Source of the DNA: an uncultured Sphingobacteriaceae bacterium
GTDB taxonomy: Bacteria > Bacteroidota > Bacteroidia > Sphingobacteriales > Sphingobacteriaceae
Direction of reading: 5' to 3'
Assembly (NCBI GenBank): GCA_966250385.1
Contig: CBINHC010000007.1
Location: 108,580 to 172,579 of the forward strand
Length of the DNA stretch: 64,000 bases
Made by a program: the position numbers and the translations under genes. Positions 36,071-45,577 of the stretch are shown in pieces; the stretch's first letter is position 1; every line of letters starts with the position of its first letter. The notes beneath the pieces are model-generated. The model saw only the letters and a list, made by a program, of their open reading frames with translations. It did not search any database and was not told the origin of the DNA.

Positions 36071-36862
36071 TCAACGAGGATGAGGGGTCCAGTCTCGCCT
36101 GAGGACCCATTTCAGTCCGCCTAGAACATGTTCACGATACAGCGGGTCGGCATACGATTCCCGGGTATGCCCCAGCGCCGTATAGAATGCGCGGCCACCT
36201 TCATATTCATGGAACCAGCTGACCGGATGATGTTCGCCGTTCTCGCCGCCCGAATAACTCTTTTCGTCAATGGTGATCAGCACCCGGATCGCCGGACTCA
36301 GGTTTTTGAAATTATACCACTCATCGCGCCTTTTCCAGGGTGACGGCAGGTGCCCCGTGGCAGGGTGATCCTTTGTGGCCACCAGCAAAGTTGCCGTCTG
36401 GATTGCCGGATGGCTTTTGAAATATCCGCCGACAAGGGCACCATACCAGGGCCAGTCGTAAAAGCTGTCCGCTGCAGCATGGATACCCACGAAGCCGCCG
36501 CCCGCCCGGATAAATTCCTGAAAAGCCAGCTTCTGGTCGGCATTGAAGAACGAACCGGTCGTATTCAGAAATACAACCGCTTTATACTTCTTCAGATTTC
36601 CGGATTCGAACGCGGCCGGATCTTCCGACTCGTCGGTACGAAACCCGTTCGCTGCCCCCAGTTCGCGGAGCGCCTTCTGACCTGCGGAGATACTGGCATG
36701 CCGGTATCCGCGCGTCGCTGAAAACACCAGCACCCGGTCGGCCTGATCATCCCCTGCTGAACCCGGAGTTCGCTCCTGGCCGGAGCAGCCGGAAATCATC
36801 AGCGTAAAAACGATCAGGGCAGCCCAGACGTGTGTCAGCATGGTCTTCCGGCTCAAATTCAT
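36071..36862 (-). CDS. ThuA domain-containing lipoprotein (class-I glutamine amidotransferase-like fold)
   Basis: Lipobox LMISGCSG. VLVFSATRGYRHASI and HPVSWFHEYEGGRAFYTALGH, typical of ThuA-like proteins. Confidence 0.8.
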   Translation of the reverse strand: MNLSRKTMLTHVWAALIVFTLMISGCSGQERTPGSAGDDQADRVLVFSATRGYRHASISAGQKALRELGAANGFRTDESEDPAAFESGNLKKYKAVVFLNTTGSFFNADQKLAFQEFIRAGGGFVGIHAAADSFYDWPWYGALVGGYFKSHPAIQTATLLVATKDHPATGHLPSPWKRRDEWYNFKNLSPAIRVLITIDEKSYSGGENGEHHPVSWFHEYEGGRAFYTALGHTRESYADPLYREHVLGGLKWVLRRDWTPHPR

Positions 36863-36923
36863 GGGGTCAGGTCAGCTAAATAGTCTCATTAAGATAAGGA
36901 TTCGGCCCCGGTTTTCCATCATC

Positions 36924-36950
36924 AAAAAGGGCATAACAACCGTCATGCCC
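36924..36950 (-). terminator. Rho-independent terminator after TonB-dependent receptor 36974-40096
   Basis: GGGCAT (36929-36934) / ATGCCC (36945-36950). On the minus strand it is followed by TTTTT (A-run 36924-36928 on +). Confidence 0.65.
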
Positions 36951-36973
36951 TATGAATCTTCCCGGCGGTAGCA

Positions 36974-39900
36974 TCAGTCGAAAATGTACCGGATCCCGAA
37001 CTGGCCCTGCCATCTGGAACCCAGGTCGGAAATATTGTATCCTTCCGGATTGCTCCGGTTGAAGTTGAATCCGGTACCGGAAACGCTCACCAGTTCTACC
37101 GCATTGTTGTTCACCGAATAAGCCCGGCCCCAGTCCTTGTTCAGCAGGTTTCCTACATTGAAAATATCGAAGGTAAACTGCAGGGTGTTTTTCGCACCGC
37201 GGACATTCACGCCCAGGTCCTGGGAGATCCGGAGGTCGAACTGGTGTTCCCAGGGTGTCCGGGCCCCGTTTCTCTCCGTATACTGTCCTCGCCGGTCCCG
37301 CAGATAGGGGTCATTTTCAATGAAGGCGTTCAGACTCTCCCATTGCTGCTCGGGCGTGCGCGGATTGGCTCCGCCCAGGGGCAGCAGGTTGATCTCGCCG
37401 GCGTTCCTGGGGACATAGAACAGGTCGTTCGAAAACCGTCCGTCCCCGTTCAGATCCCCGGCATACAGGTAAGTAAAAGGAAAGCCCGACCGCCCCGCAT
37501 AGAAGAGCGACACGCCGGTTGCGAACGCATTATCGCGCCCGTACGATTTCCGGTAAGCGAGACTTCCGACGATCCGGTGCCGGATATCATAATTTGAATA
37601 GCTCAGCGGCGGGTCGTTGGGATTGTCGACGATCTGTACGAACTCCCAGTTCGACAGCGCGGTGCTGCTTGTTCCGGAGTTGACATCCTTGGATTTACCA
37701 TTGGTATAGGCCACGGAAGCACTCAGCCCGAAATTGAAGGTCCGCTGCAGCTGCGCCGTCAGACTGTAGGTATAACCCTTGTCGGTGTTGTCCAGGAAGA
37801 TGACATTGGTAAATGCAGGATTCACAACCCCTGTGGCGGTTGAATTATACCGCGGCCGTAAATCGGCTCCGTTTGAAAAGGCCGGATTGATGGTGCCTGC
37901 GGCAGGAAGCAGGTTGATATCCCGGTAGGCGATGTTATTGATCGTTTTGGAGTAAATACCTTCCAGCGTACCCACGAAGCCGAACGGCAGCCTGAAGTCC
38001 CCGGCCAGATTGAACCGCGCCACCTGCGGGATCCGGAAATCGTCGTCAGCGACATTGATTTCTGCGGTGCTGCCGGCGCCGCCCACATTGCGCTGCAAAG
38101 CCACATTCGGTTCAAACCCGTTCCCGTTGTTGATGGCGGCGCCCCGTACATCGATGGTGTTGAACAATAATCCGTTGTTGACGAACTGGTTCGATAACCA
38201 TACGAACGGAACGCGGCCGGTAAAGATTCCGGCCCCGCCGCGGATCTGGACGGACCGGTCACCGATGACATCGTAGTTGAAGCCGATCCTTGGAGCAAAC
38301 AATACCTGCCCGCTCGGGGTCCGGTCAGTCCGGACGCCCGGGAAGGACGCGGCTACCTCAGGGTTGGCCAGCGGTTTATCCCCGATGATGGGAATGTCGA
38401 CACGGACGCCTACGGTGAGGTTCAGCTTCTCCATCACGTCGAACTGGTCCTGCGCGTAGAACGCCAGCTGCGCCGCATTGAATCGGGCGTCCGGCCGTTC
38501 GACACCCGGCAGGGCGGAATAGGTAATCCGTGCCCTGGACGGCGAATTGTTCAGGTAGTCCTCCAGGCTGTTGAAATCCCACCGTCCGTTCAGGTTATTG
38601 ATGAACAGGTTGCGAAACTTGAAGAATTCGTTGTGCGTTCCGATGGTGAAGGTGTGGTTGCCCCGGTAATACTTGAAGTTATCGGTAATCTCAAAGATAT
38701 CCTGGTCCAGCTCATTGGCGGTTGAACTCCGTTCGGATCCAAAGAAAACGGAGTTGCCGGACTGGTCGACGTTATTGATCTGCACCTGCGGAAACAATGC
38801 CCCGGCGGTCTCGCGGTCATCCCGGATCCTCGAATAGCCCAGAATGAGGTTATTGGAGAAAAGCGATGAGAAGTTGCTCCGAAGTTCCAGAACAGACACA
38901 TGCTGCTCATCGTTGAACTGGTAGGCGTTATTTCCGAATCGGAAAGAACTTCCGGTCCTGCTGATATTGTCGTCAAAGGCATTGATATAGTTGTGCCGCA
39001 CGGTGAGCTGGTGTTTATTATTGATGTTCCAGTCCAGCTTGGCGAACACTTTGTCGTTTTCGGTGCGGGCATCGACCGCGCCGAAGCCGCCCACGTCATA
39101 GCCATAGGTCTGCAGCGTATAGTCCCGGATCTGCTGGGCTGTTGCCAGCGAGGTCGGAGCACCGGGATCTCCCGCATTGAATGAAATCGGAGCCGCCCTG
39201 CGGCCCAGTTCGGCGTTAACGAAGAAAAACAGCTTATTCTTCAGGATCGGGCCGCCCAGCCGGAACCCGTACTGGTCCTCCTTGAAGGAGGGGTACGATA
39301 CGCCGCTCAGCGGATTCTCCCCGACGATGTCCTCGGTACGCCCGAAATAGTAGGCGGATCCCTGGAACCGGTTCGTTCCGGACCGCGTTACGGCATTCAC
39401 CCCTCCCCCGGTAAAGTTACCCTGGGTAATATCATAAGGTGCCAGAACAACCTGGATCTCCTGGATCGCATCCAGGGAAATCGGCTGGGTACCTGCCTGG
39501 CCGCCCGGGGTTCCCGACCCGGAAAGACCGAATACGTCGTTATTGACCGCACCGTCGATCGTTACATTGTTGAACCGGTTATTGGCTCCCCCGAAAGAGT
39601 TGCTGCCCGTCGCCTGGGGCGTCAGCCGGGTAAAGTCCTGGAGACTCCGGCTGATGGTAGGCAGGTTTTCGATCTGCTGCCGGTTGACGTTGGTCGCCGC
39701 CCCGGTCCGCTCCCGGTTCAGGATGGGATCGACCGTTCCGGAGATCACAACTTCAGATAATTGGGTACCGGATACAGCCAGGGTAACGTTAAGGATGTAG
39801 GGTTCACCCAGTTGCAAAGTCACATCTGAGAATTTGCGGGGCTCATATCCGATATAGGTCACTTCGATGGAGTACGGGCCGCCCACGCGCATATTGGAAA

Positions 39901-40096
39901 TAGTGAAGCGGCCATCAGGGCCGGTAGATGCGGCATAATTGGTGCCGGTTGGCGTATGGGTCGCACGGACGGTCGCTCCGATCAGCGTTTCATTGGCGTC
40001 CCGGATCGTTCCTGTTAACGTACTTGTTGTTACCTGCGCATTTCCCCCAATCACCGTGCTCAAGATCACCAGCGTCGATATCAAAAACTTTTTCAT
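36974..40096 (-). CDS. TonB-dependent receptor, Oar-like (CarboxypepD_reg N-domain, no SusD partner)
   Basis: 1040 aa. Signal peptide, N-domain LTGTIRDANETLIGATVRATHTPTGTNY...GGPYSIEVTYIGYEP, plug and a large barrel. Paralogous to the next gene. Confidence 0.9.
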   Translation of the reverse strand: MKKFLISTLVILSTVIGGNAQVTTSTLTGTIRDANETLIGATVRATHTPTGTNYAASTGPDGRFTISNMRVGGPYSIEVTYIGYEPRKFSDVTLQLGEPYILNVTLAVSGTQLSEVVISGTVDPILNRERTGAATNVNRQQIENLPTISRSLQDFTRLTPQATGSNSFGGANNRFNNVTIDGAVNNDVFGLSGSGTPGGQAGTQPISLDAIQEIQVVLAPYDITQGNFTGGGVNAVTRSGTNRFQGSAYYFGRTEDIVGENPLSGVSYPSFKEDQYGFRLGGPILKNKLFFFVNAELGRRAAPISFNAGDPGAPTSLATAQQIRDYTLQTYGYDVGGFGAVDARTENDKVFAKLDWNINNKHQLTVRHNYINAFDDNISRTGSSFRFGNNAYQFNDEQHVSVLELRSNFSSLFSNNLILGYSRIRDDRETAGALFPQVQINNVDQSGNSVFFGSERSSTANELDQDIFEITDNFKYYRGNHTFTIGTHNEFFKFRNLFINNLNGRWDFNSLEDYLNNSPSRARITYSALPGVERPDARFNAAQLAFYAQDQFDVMEKLNLTVGVRVDIPIIGDKPLANPEVAASFPGVRTDRTPSGQVLFAPRIGFNYDVIGDRSVQIRGGAGIFTGRVPFVWLSNQFVNNGLLFNTIDVRGAAINNGNGFEPNVALQRNVGGAGSTAEINVADDDFRIPQVARFNLAGDFRLPFGFVGTLEGIYSKTINNIAYRDINLLPAAGTINPAFSNGADLRPRYNSTATGVVNPAFTNVIFLDNTDKGYTYSLTAQLQRTFNFGLSASVAYTNGKSKDVNSGTSSTALSNWEFVQIVDNPNDPPLSYSNYDIRHRIVGSLAYRKSYGRDNAFATGVSLFYAGRSGFPFTYLYAGDLNGDGRFSNDLFYVPRNAGEINLLPLGGANPRTPEQQWESLNAFIENDPYLRDRRGQYTERNGARTPWEHQFDLRISQDLGVNVRGAKNTLQFTFDIFNVGNLLNKDWGRAYSVNNNAVELVSVSGTGFNFNRSNPEGYNISDLGSRWQGQFGIRYIFD

Positions 40097-40133
40097 GGTT
40101 CTCGTACTGTTTATTCATAGTGAAATATTCTAT

Positions 40134-40145
40134 ACTATTAACAAT
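40134..40145. repeat. 12-bp direct repeat copy 1 (ACTATTAACAAT) upstream of TonB-dependent receptor 36974-40096
   Basis: Exact 12-mer, also present at 40187-40198 (53-bp periodicity). Lies 38-49 nt upstream of the minus-strand start codon at 40096. Confidence 0.6.
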
Positions 40146-40186
40146 AAGAAAAGAATAAGTTTGAAAAAAGCAAGACTAAAACGCTG

Positions 40187-40198
40187 ACTATTAACAAT
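40187..40198. repeat. 12-bp direct repeat copy 2 (ACTATTAACAAT)
   Basis: Identical to 40134-40145. A related TATTAACA core occurs at 43822-43829, upstream of the paralogous receptor. Confidence 0.6.
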
Positions 40199-40316
40199 TT
40201 AGAAATAGTAAAACTTTGAGCGCGTTAATTGAATTTCTAAACATCCGGGAAATCCTATGACCTGAAACGCCGGTCTGATTCATCGCTTAGGACGTTAGCG
40301 GAAGAAGGGCCGAAAA

Positions 40317-40353
40317 CCAAAAAGAGCCGCTCTGCAGTGCAGGGCGGCTCTTT
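40317..40353 (-). terminator. Rho-independent terminator after TonB-dependent receptor 40375-43692
   Basis: AAAGAGCCGC (40321-40330) / GCGGCTCTTT (40344-40353). The minus strand reads GCGGCTCTTTTTGG after the stem. Confidence 0.85.
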
Positions 40354-40374
40354 CGCATTCAGGTATTACCAATA

Positions 40375-43300
40375 TTAGAAGCTGTAACGCAGACCTAATT
40401 GCATGTACCAGGTAGTAGAAGTGGATGTAATATCTCTGATTGCTTTAGTAGCCAGAACATTTTGTCCGCCTTCTGAGACAGTACGCATGGTAAATGTTGG
40501 CACACCGCCGGAAGTAATATCCGCATTGGCGATGTTCAGCAGACCTTGCGCATTGTTCAGCTGCTGCTGTACACCCCATTTAGAGTTCAGCATGTTACCG
40601 AAGTTCATGATATCAGCACTGAACTGCAGGGAATTGCGTCTTCCGCCGATATTGGTGAACACATCCTGCAGTACCCGTACGTCGAAACGGTTCTGCCATG
40701 GCAGTAATACAGCGTTCCGCTCAGCATACTTACCTCTTCTGGTGCTCAGGTATTTGTCATTGTTGATGAAAGCATCGAATGCTGCTCTCTGCTGATCTGC
40801 AGTAAAGCCGTTCGCATCCTTGAAGTTCAGTTCAGAAGCGTTCTGCGGAATGTACAGCAGATCCGCATTGATACCGTCTCTGTTCAGGTCACCATTGGTA
40901 GTGTATGAGTAACGACCCTGATGTGAGCCTTCGTAGAATAATGAAACAGTGATAGAAACGTGTTTCGCATACTCCAGGCGGTAAGACACATTACCCACTA
41001 CACGGTGAGGAACTGCATACTGTGAATTGTACAGGATCTGTTCGTTCGGGCTGCTGATGGAAGGGCTGCCAGTCCATGCTGAAGAGGCATTTGAACCCGG
41101 ATTTCCGGAAACCTCTTTCGAAGCAGTGTAGGTATAGTACAGACCACCATATAAGCCTTTACGTGCAGGAAGCGAAAGACCTGCAGTAGCGTTGAAGGAA
41201 TAACCTTTAACATCTGTGTTGGTTAAAACCACACCCGTGTTTCCGCCGGCTGCAGGGTTATAGGCAACACCGGTGCCACCCGGGAAGAAATCCCGGTTAT
41301 CGCCTGAATAGTTCATTTTTGCGGGAGCAACAGCGCGGTTGGCACCAAACTGGTATGCGGCGTTGATATCCTTGGTGTATAACAGGTCACCGGTCGCCAC
41401 CAGGTCAGTACCAGGGATGGTGTAGTCAGCACCCAGGCTGGTTCTCCATACCTTTGGCATCTTGAACTTGCTGTCAACCAGAGAGAAGCTGGTTGGTACA
41501 CCTGCATTCGGATTCTTCAGGAACACGCCGGCAGCACTTTCAGGTGTATTGTTTAACCAGTAGTACGGATCCGGATTGAAACGGATGTCTCCGATCCATG
41601 GCGCAACGGCATTATAACCGTTAGGCTCTACGTTGTTCTGGATCACACCGGAGTTTGTAGGCATGTTGGTCAGCCATACAAACGGAACACGTCCTGAGAA
41701 CATACCGGTACCACCACGAACCTTTAATGAATTGTCACCAAGCGCATCGTAGTTGAAGCCGATCCGCGGAGAAAGCATTAACCGGGTGGTCGGCCATGAA
41801 CCTGTAGTGTAATTTCTTGGGTTTCCGTCAGGACCCAGCAGGGTCAGGTTATCGATTGAAGCATTGGCAGTCAGATCGTTCATATAGATCGGAAGATCCG
41901 CACGTACACCAATGCTCAGATCCAACCGGTCATTGACAGTGTATTTATCCTGAAGATAAAGTCCGGCAGTACCCAGAACGATCGGCGCATAAGGATCCTG
42001 ACCTTCGTAAGGGTAAGTAAGACCGAACATGATCGGAGCAACTTCATTAGGGCCGCCTGTGGTCAGGAAGTCCTCAACAGAACGGTAACGGTAGTAAGAT
42101 GTACCCAGACGGATGTACTGGTTACCGAATTTCTGAGATTCGAAGCTCGCACCTGCCGTAAACGTATGTTTGTTGGCAAGGTAAGTCAGGTTATTGATGA
42201 AGTTGAGGTTATTGTTCAGAACGTCATTTCCGTAGGTGAACAACTCATAACCAAAGGTCATGTAGTTGGTCGGATTTGCAGTACCGTCCCAGATATCAAC
42301 CATCGGGAAAATTTCACTTGGAGAAGTTCTGGTGTCCTGGATCCGGCTGTAGGTAGCCAGGAACTGGTTGGACAGTCTTGAAGAGAACCGGCTGTTTAAT
42401 TCAGCGGTGAAAGAACGTACGATGTTTTCAGTATTGTACATCGTTTTGGAGAAGGCGATCGACTGATCACTTACCCGGTTAACGGATGAACGCGGATTCG
42501 GGCCTGAGCTGCCGTTCACCAGTGATCCTGCCTCCCCTTTTACCTGACTGAAACGCAGGGCAAGGCGGTGATTGTTATTGATGTTCCAGTCCAGGCGACC
42601 GAACAGTGAACTGCTCTTGTTACCATTGTCATTGGCATAATTTTCATATGCGCCCGGATCATAACCCCATACGTTGATCAAATGGTTTCTGACCGCATCA
42701 AGGTCTGACCGTCTGGTTCTGGCGATATTGTTATCCGGATCGGCAATACCGTTGTCAGATGGCTTCCACAGATTCACAGCAGAAGGATTCGTTCCGACAT
42801 TCTCAATGTTTTCCGCATTGACGAAGAAGAATAATTTGTTTTTGATGATCGGACCACCTAAACGCAGACCCACGGTGCGGCTGGAAGTTTCATTCGGATC
42901 AGGCAGCGAGTTGCCGTTAACCTTGTAACCAACAAAGTCCTGATTCCGGTAAAAGCCGTAAGCAGAACCCGAGAACTGGTTTGTACCACTTCTGGTTACT
43001 GCACTGATTCCGGCACCGGTAAATCCTCCCTGGCGCACATCATATGGTGCGATGTTCACCTGAAGCTCTTCGATCGCATCCAAAGAGATCGGCTGGGAGT
43101 TTCCGCCCGGAAGGGGATTTGAATTCAACCCGAAACCGTTGTTGAAGTTTGCACCGTCGATCTGAACGTTGTTGAAACGACCGTCACGTCCGGCGAAACC
43201 GTTTCCGTTAGACTGCGGAGTCAGACGGGTCAGGTCAGTGATACTTCTGGTAATGGTTGGCATAGTACTGATCTGCTGAGTGCTGATGTTCGTACTTGCG

Positions 43301-43692
43301 CCGGTTTTGTTGCCGTTCAGCTTGGATCTGTCGGCCATAACAACAACTTCGTTGAGCTGCGTTCCGCTTTGAACCAATGTAACGGTTACGTTGAACGGTG
43401 CACCCAGTTTTAAGGTAATGTCAGCAATTCTTTGCGGTTGAAAACCCACGTAGGTCACATCAATGACATAAGGTCCGCCTACCCGCATGTTGGGGATTGT
43501 GAACCGGCCGTCTACTCCTGTGGAGGCGCTGTAAACAGTACCGGTAGGCGTGTGCGTAGCTTTAACCGATGCCCCGATCAGAGTTTCCTTGGCATCTCTG
43601 ACAGTACCCGTTAAACTACTCGTTGTTACCTGTGCGAACAGACTAAAAGCTGTTAACATCAGAACAAACGTAGAAAGTAAAAACTTCTTCAT
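40375..43692 (-). CDS. TonB-dependent receptor, Oar-like (paralog of 36974-40096)
   Basis: 1105 aa. N-domain LTGTVRDAKETLIGASVKATHTPTGTVY...GGPYVIDVTYVGFQP. Ends ...LGLRYSF (terminal Phe). Confidence 0.9.
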   Translation of the reverse strand: MKKFLLSTFVLMLTAFSLFAQVTTSSLTGTVRDAKETLIGASVKATHTPTGTVYSASTGVDGRFTIPNMRVGGPYVIDVTYVGFQPQRIADITLKLGAPFNVTVTLVQSGTQLNEVVVMADRSKLNGNKTGASTNISTQQISTMPTITRSITDLTRLTPQSNGNGFAGRDGRFNNVQIDGANFNNGFGLNSNPLPGGNSQPISLDAIEELQVNIAPYDVRQGGFTGAGISAVTRSGTNQFSGSAYGFYRNQDFVGYKVNGNSLPDPNETSSRTVGLRLGGPIIKNKLFFFVNAENIENVGTNPSAVNLWKPSDNGIADPDNNIARTRRSDLDAVRNHLINVWGYDPGAYENYANDNGNKSSSLFGRLDWNINNNHRLALRFSQVKGEAGSLVNGSSGPNPRSSVNRVSDQSIAFSKTMYNTENIVRSFTAELNSRFSSRLSNQFLATYSRIQDTRTSPSEIFPMVDIWDGTANPTNYMTFGYELFTYGNDVLNNNLNFINNLTYLANKHTFTAGASFESQKFGNQYIRLGTSYYRYRSVEDFLTTGGPNEVAPIMFGLTYPYEGQDPYAPIVLGTAGLYLQDKYTVNDRLDLSIGVRADLPIYMNDLTANASIDNLTLLGPDGNPRNYTTGSWPTTRLMLSPRIGFNYDALGDNSLKVRGGTGMFSGRVPFVWLTNMPTNSGVIQNNVEPNGYNAVAPWIGDIRFNPDPYYWLNNTPESAAGVFLKNPNAGVPTSFSLVDSKFKMPKVWRTSLGADYTIPGTDLVATGDLLYTKDINAAYQFGANRAVAPAKMNYSGDNRDFFPGGTGVAYNPAAGGNTGVVLTNTDVKGYSFNATAGLSLPARKGLYGGLYYTYTASKEVSGNPGSNASSAWTGSPSISSPNEQILYNSQYAVPHRVVGNVSYRLEYAKHVSITVSLFYEGSHQGRYSYTTNGDLNRDGINADLLYIPQNASELNFKDANGFTADQQRAAFDAFINNDKYLSTRRGKYAERNAVLLPWQNRFDVRVLQDVFTNIGGRRNSLQFSADIMNFGNMLNSKWGVQQQLNNAQGLLNIANADITSGGVPTFTMRTVSEGGQNVLATKAIRDITSTSTTWYMQLGLRYSF

Positions 43693-43885
43693 AAATTGTT
43701 TGTTAGTGATAGTTTGTTTGTGTTAGAAACGGTGTTATTTAAAATCCGCCGCGAAGATAGCGTGATTTTTTTAAATTTTTAAGCATCCGATGTTAAGTTA
43801 CCGTTAACGCAACTGCTTTTTTATTAACATTTTAGGCCCGGTTCATTTAATTAAAAAAAACTGAAAGAAGTCCCGACAGAATTTC

Positions 43886-43893
43886 TAATTTTG
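43886..43893 (+). promoter_or_regulatory. Candidate -7 box (TAnnTTTG) upstream of lpd
   Basis: TAATTTTG. It would imply a ~160-nt leader to ATG 44060, and a chance occurrence in this AT-rich 367-bp region is plausible. Confidence 0.25.
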
Positions 43894-44059
43894 TAGCCCC
43901 CTTTTCAGGAAACGCATTTAAAATCCACAGTCATCCCCCGGTGTTTCCATGTTAAAATCGGTAGAGCTGCCATTAGCTTATTTTTTTTATTTGTATTAAT
44001 ATTGCGCAACGAATGCTGCCCCTGTCGGGTAAGGATCGGTATAAAAATCACATTAGAAT

Positions 44060-45448
44060 ATGAATTACGACTTAATAGTTATCGGAAGCGGCCCGGGCGG
44101 GTATGTTGCAGCGATCCGGGCATCCCAACTGGGATTGAAAACGGCGGTGGTTGAGCGGGAATCACTTGGTGGTATTTGTTTGAACTGGGGCTGTATCCCA
44201 ACCAAAGCCCTGTTAAAGAGCGCCCAGGTATTTGAATATATCAATCACGCCTCCGATTACGGGATCAACGTAAGTGGTTCTGAAGTTGACTTCAGCTCAG
44301 TAATCAAGCGCAGCCGCGGTGTGGCCGACGGCATGAGCAAGGGCGTTCAGTTCCTGATGAAGAAGAACAAGATCGATGTCATCATGGGAACAGGCAAGAT
44401 CAAAAAAGGCGGAAAAGTTGAAGTAAAAGGCGCGGACGGTTCCGTTAAGGAATATACCGCTAAACATACCATCCTGGCAACAGGCGCCCGGTCCCGGGAA
44501 CTGCCCAACATCAAGCAGGACGGCAGGAAAGTGATCGGATACCGCCAGGCCATGGTACTTCCGGAGCAGCCGAAGTCCATGGTCGTCATGGGATCCGGCG
44601 CCATCGGCGTTGAGTTCGCCTACTTCTACAGCACCCTGGGAACCAAGGTTACCGTCGTGGAGTACCTGGACAACATCGTTCCGGTGGAGGATGAAGAAGT
44701 TTCAAAGCAACTTTTAAGAAGCTTTAAAAAAGCGGGCATCACCGTAATGACCGGTGCGGCTGTGGAATCCGTGGATACCAGCGGAGCCGGCTGCAAGGTA
44801 CAGGTAAAAACGGCTGCAGGTGTGCAGACCATCGAATGCGACATTGTCCTTTCAGCGGTCGGCATCACGCCGAACATCGAGAATATCGGCCTGGAAGAAA
44901 CCGGGGTGAAGACCGATAAGGGCCGGGTGATCGTCGACGATTTCTACAAGACCAATGTCGAAGGCGTGTATGCCATCGGTGATATCGTCAAAGGCCAGGC
45001 GCTTGCGCACGTGGCATCCGCGGAAGGAATCATCTGCGTCGAAAAGATCGCCGGACATCACCCGGAACCTTTGAACTACAATAACATCCCGGGATGTACC
45101 TACTGCTCTCCGGAGATCGCATCCGTGGGCTTTACCGAAAAAGCGGCCCGGGAGGCAGGATATGATATCAAGGTCGGAAAATTCCCGTTTTCTGCTTCCG
45201 GAAAGGCAAGCGCCAGCGGACACAAGGACGGTTTTATCAAGGTGATCTTCGACGCCAAATACGGCGAGTTCCTCGGAGCCCACATGATCGGAGCGAACGT
45301 TACGGAAATGATCGCCGAGGTGGTCGTGGCCCGCAAGCTGGAAACTACCGGAATGGATATCGTAAAATCCGTACACCCCCACCCTACGATGAGCGAGGCG
45401 ATCATGGAAGCCGCCGCTGATGCCTACGGTGAGGTAATCCACCTGTAA
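44060..45448 (+). CDS. lpd: Dihydrolipoyl dehydrogenase
   Basis: FAD motif VIGSGPGGY, redox-active disulfide GGICLNWGCIPTK, NAD motif VMGSGAIGVE and C-terminal HPHPTMSE. Confidence 0.95.
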   Translation: MNYDLIVIGSGPGGYVAAIRASQLGLKTAVVERESLGGICLNWGCIPTKALLKSAQVFEYINHASDYGINVSGSEVDFSSVIKRSRGVADGMSKGVQFLMKKNKIDVIMGTGKIKKGGKVEVKGADGSVKEYTAKHTILATGARSRELPNIKQDGRKVIGYRQAMVLPEQPKSMVVMGSGAIGVEFAYFYSTLGTKVTVVEYLDNIVPVEDEEVSKQLLRSFKKAGITVMTGAAVESVDTSGAGCKVQVKTAAGVQTIECDIVLSAVGITPNIENIGLEETGVKTDKGRVIVDDFYKTNVEGVYAIGDIVKGQALAHVASAEGIICVEKIAGHHPEPLNYNNIPGCTYCSPEIASVGFTEKAAREAGYDIKVGKFPFSASGKASASGHKDGFIKVIFDAKYGEFLGAHMIGANVTEMIAEVVVARKLETTGMDIVKSVHPHPTMSEAIMEAAADAYGEVIHL

Positions 45449-45463
45449 CGGATCACGAATTTC

Positions 45464-45523
45464 GGAACCGGCACGAACGTCCGGTTCCTGTACAAAACCT
45501 GCTGCAAGGCGGGTTTTGTATTT
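45464..45523 (+). terminator. Tandem hairpins after lpd (second one is terminator-like)
   Basis: H1 GGAACCGG (45464-45471) / CCGGTTCC (45481-45488). H2 TACAAAACC (45491-45499) / GGTTTTGTA (45512-45520), followed by TTT. Confidence 0.7.
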
Positions 45524-45577
45524 AACAGGATCGCCGCCGGACAGCATCCTGAATCATAAAAAAACCAATATCACCCT

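Noticed and set aside
35216-36124. 302-aa + ORF spanning the crotonase, SPW and ThuA genes on the opposite strand
   Set aside because: It happens to be in antisense register with both the crotonase (35539-35218 = 321) and the SPW gene. It crosses two intergenic regions, and its product is Arg/Gly/Asp/Gln-rich with no motif. The same reasoning applies to 3456-4355, 6496-7266, 18818-19624, 20262-21092, 31114-31956, 44852-45547, 54234-54809 and 62213-62896.
45449-45577. Guanidine-II (mini-ykkC) or guanidine-III riboswitch upstream of sugE
   Set aside because: Hairpin H1 has a 9-nt loop (CACGAACGT) rather than an ACGR tetraloop closed by C-G pairs, and there is no second such hairpin. The CCGGACAG in H3 lacks the rest of the ykkC-III pseudoknot consensus as I recall it. 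H1 and H2 are better explained as lpd terminators.
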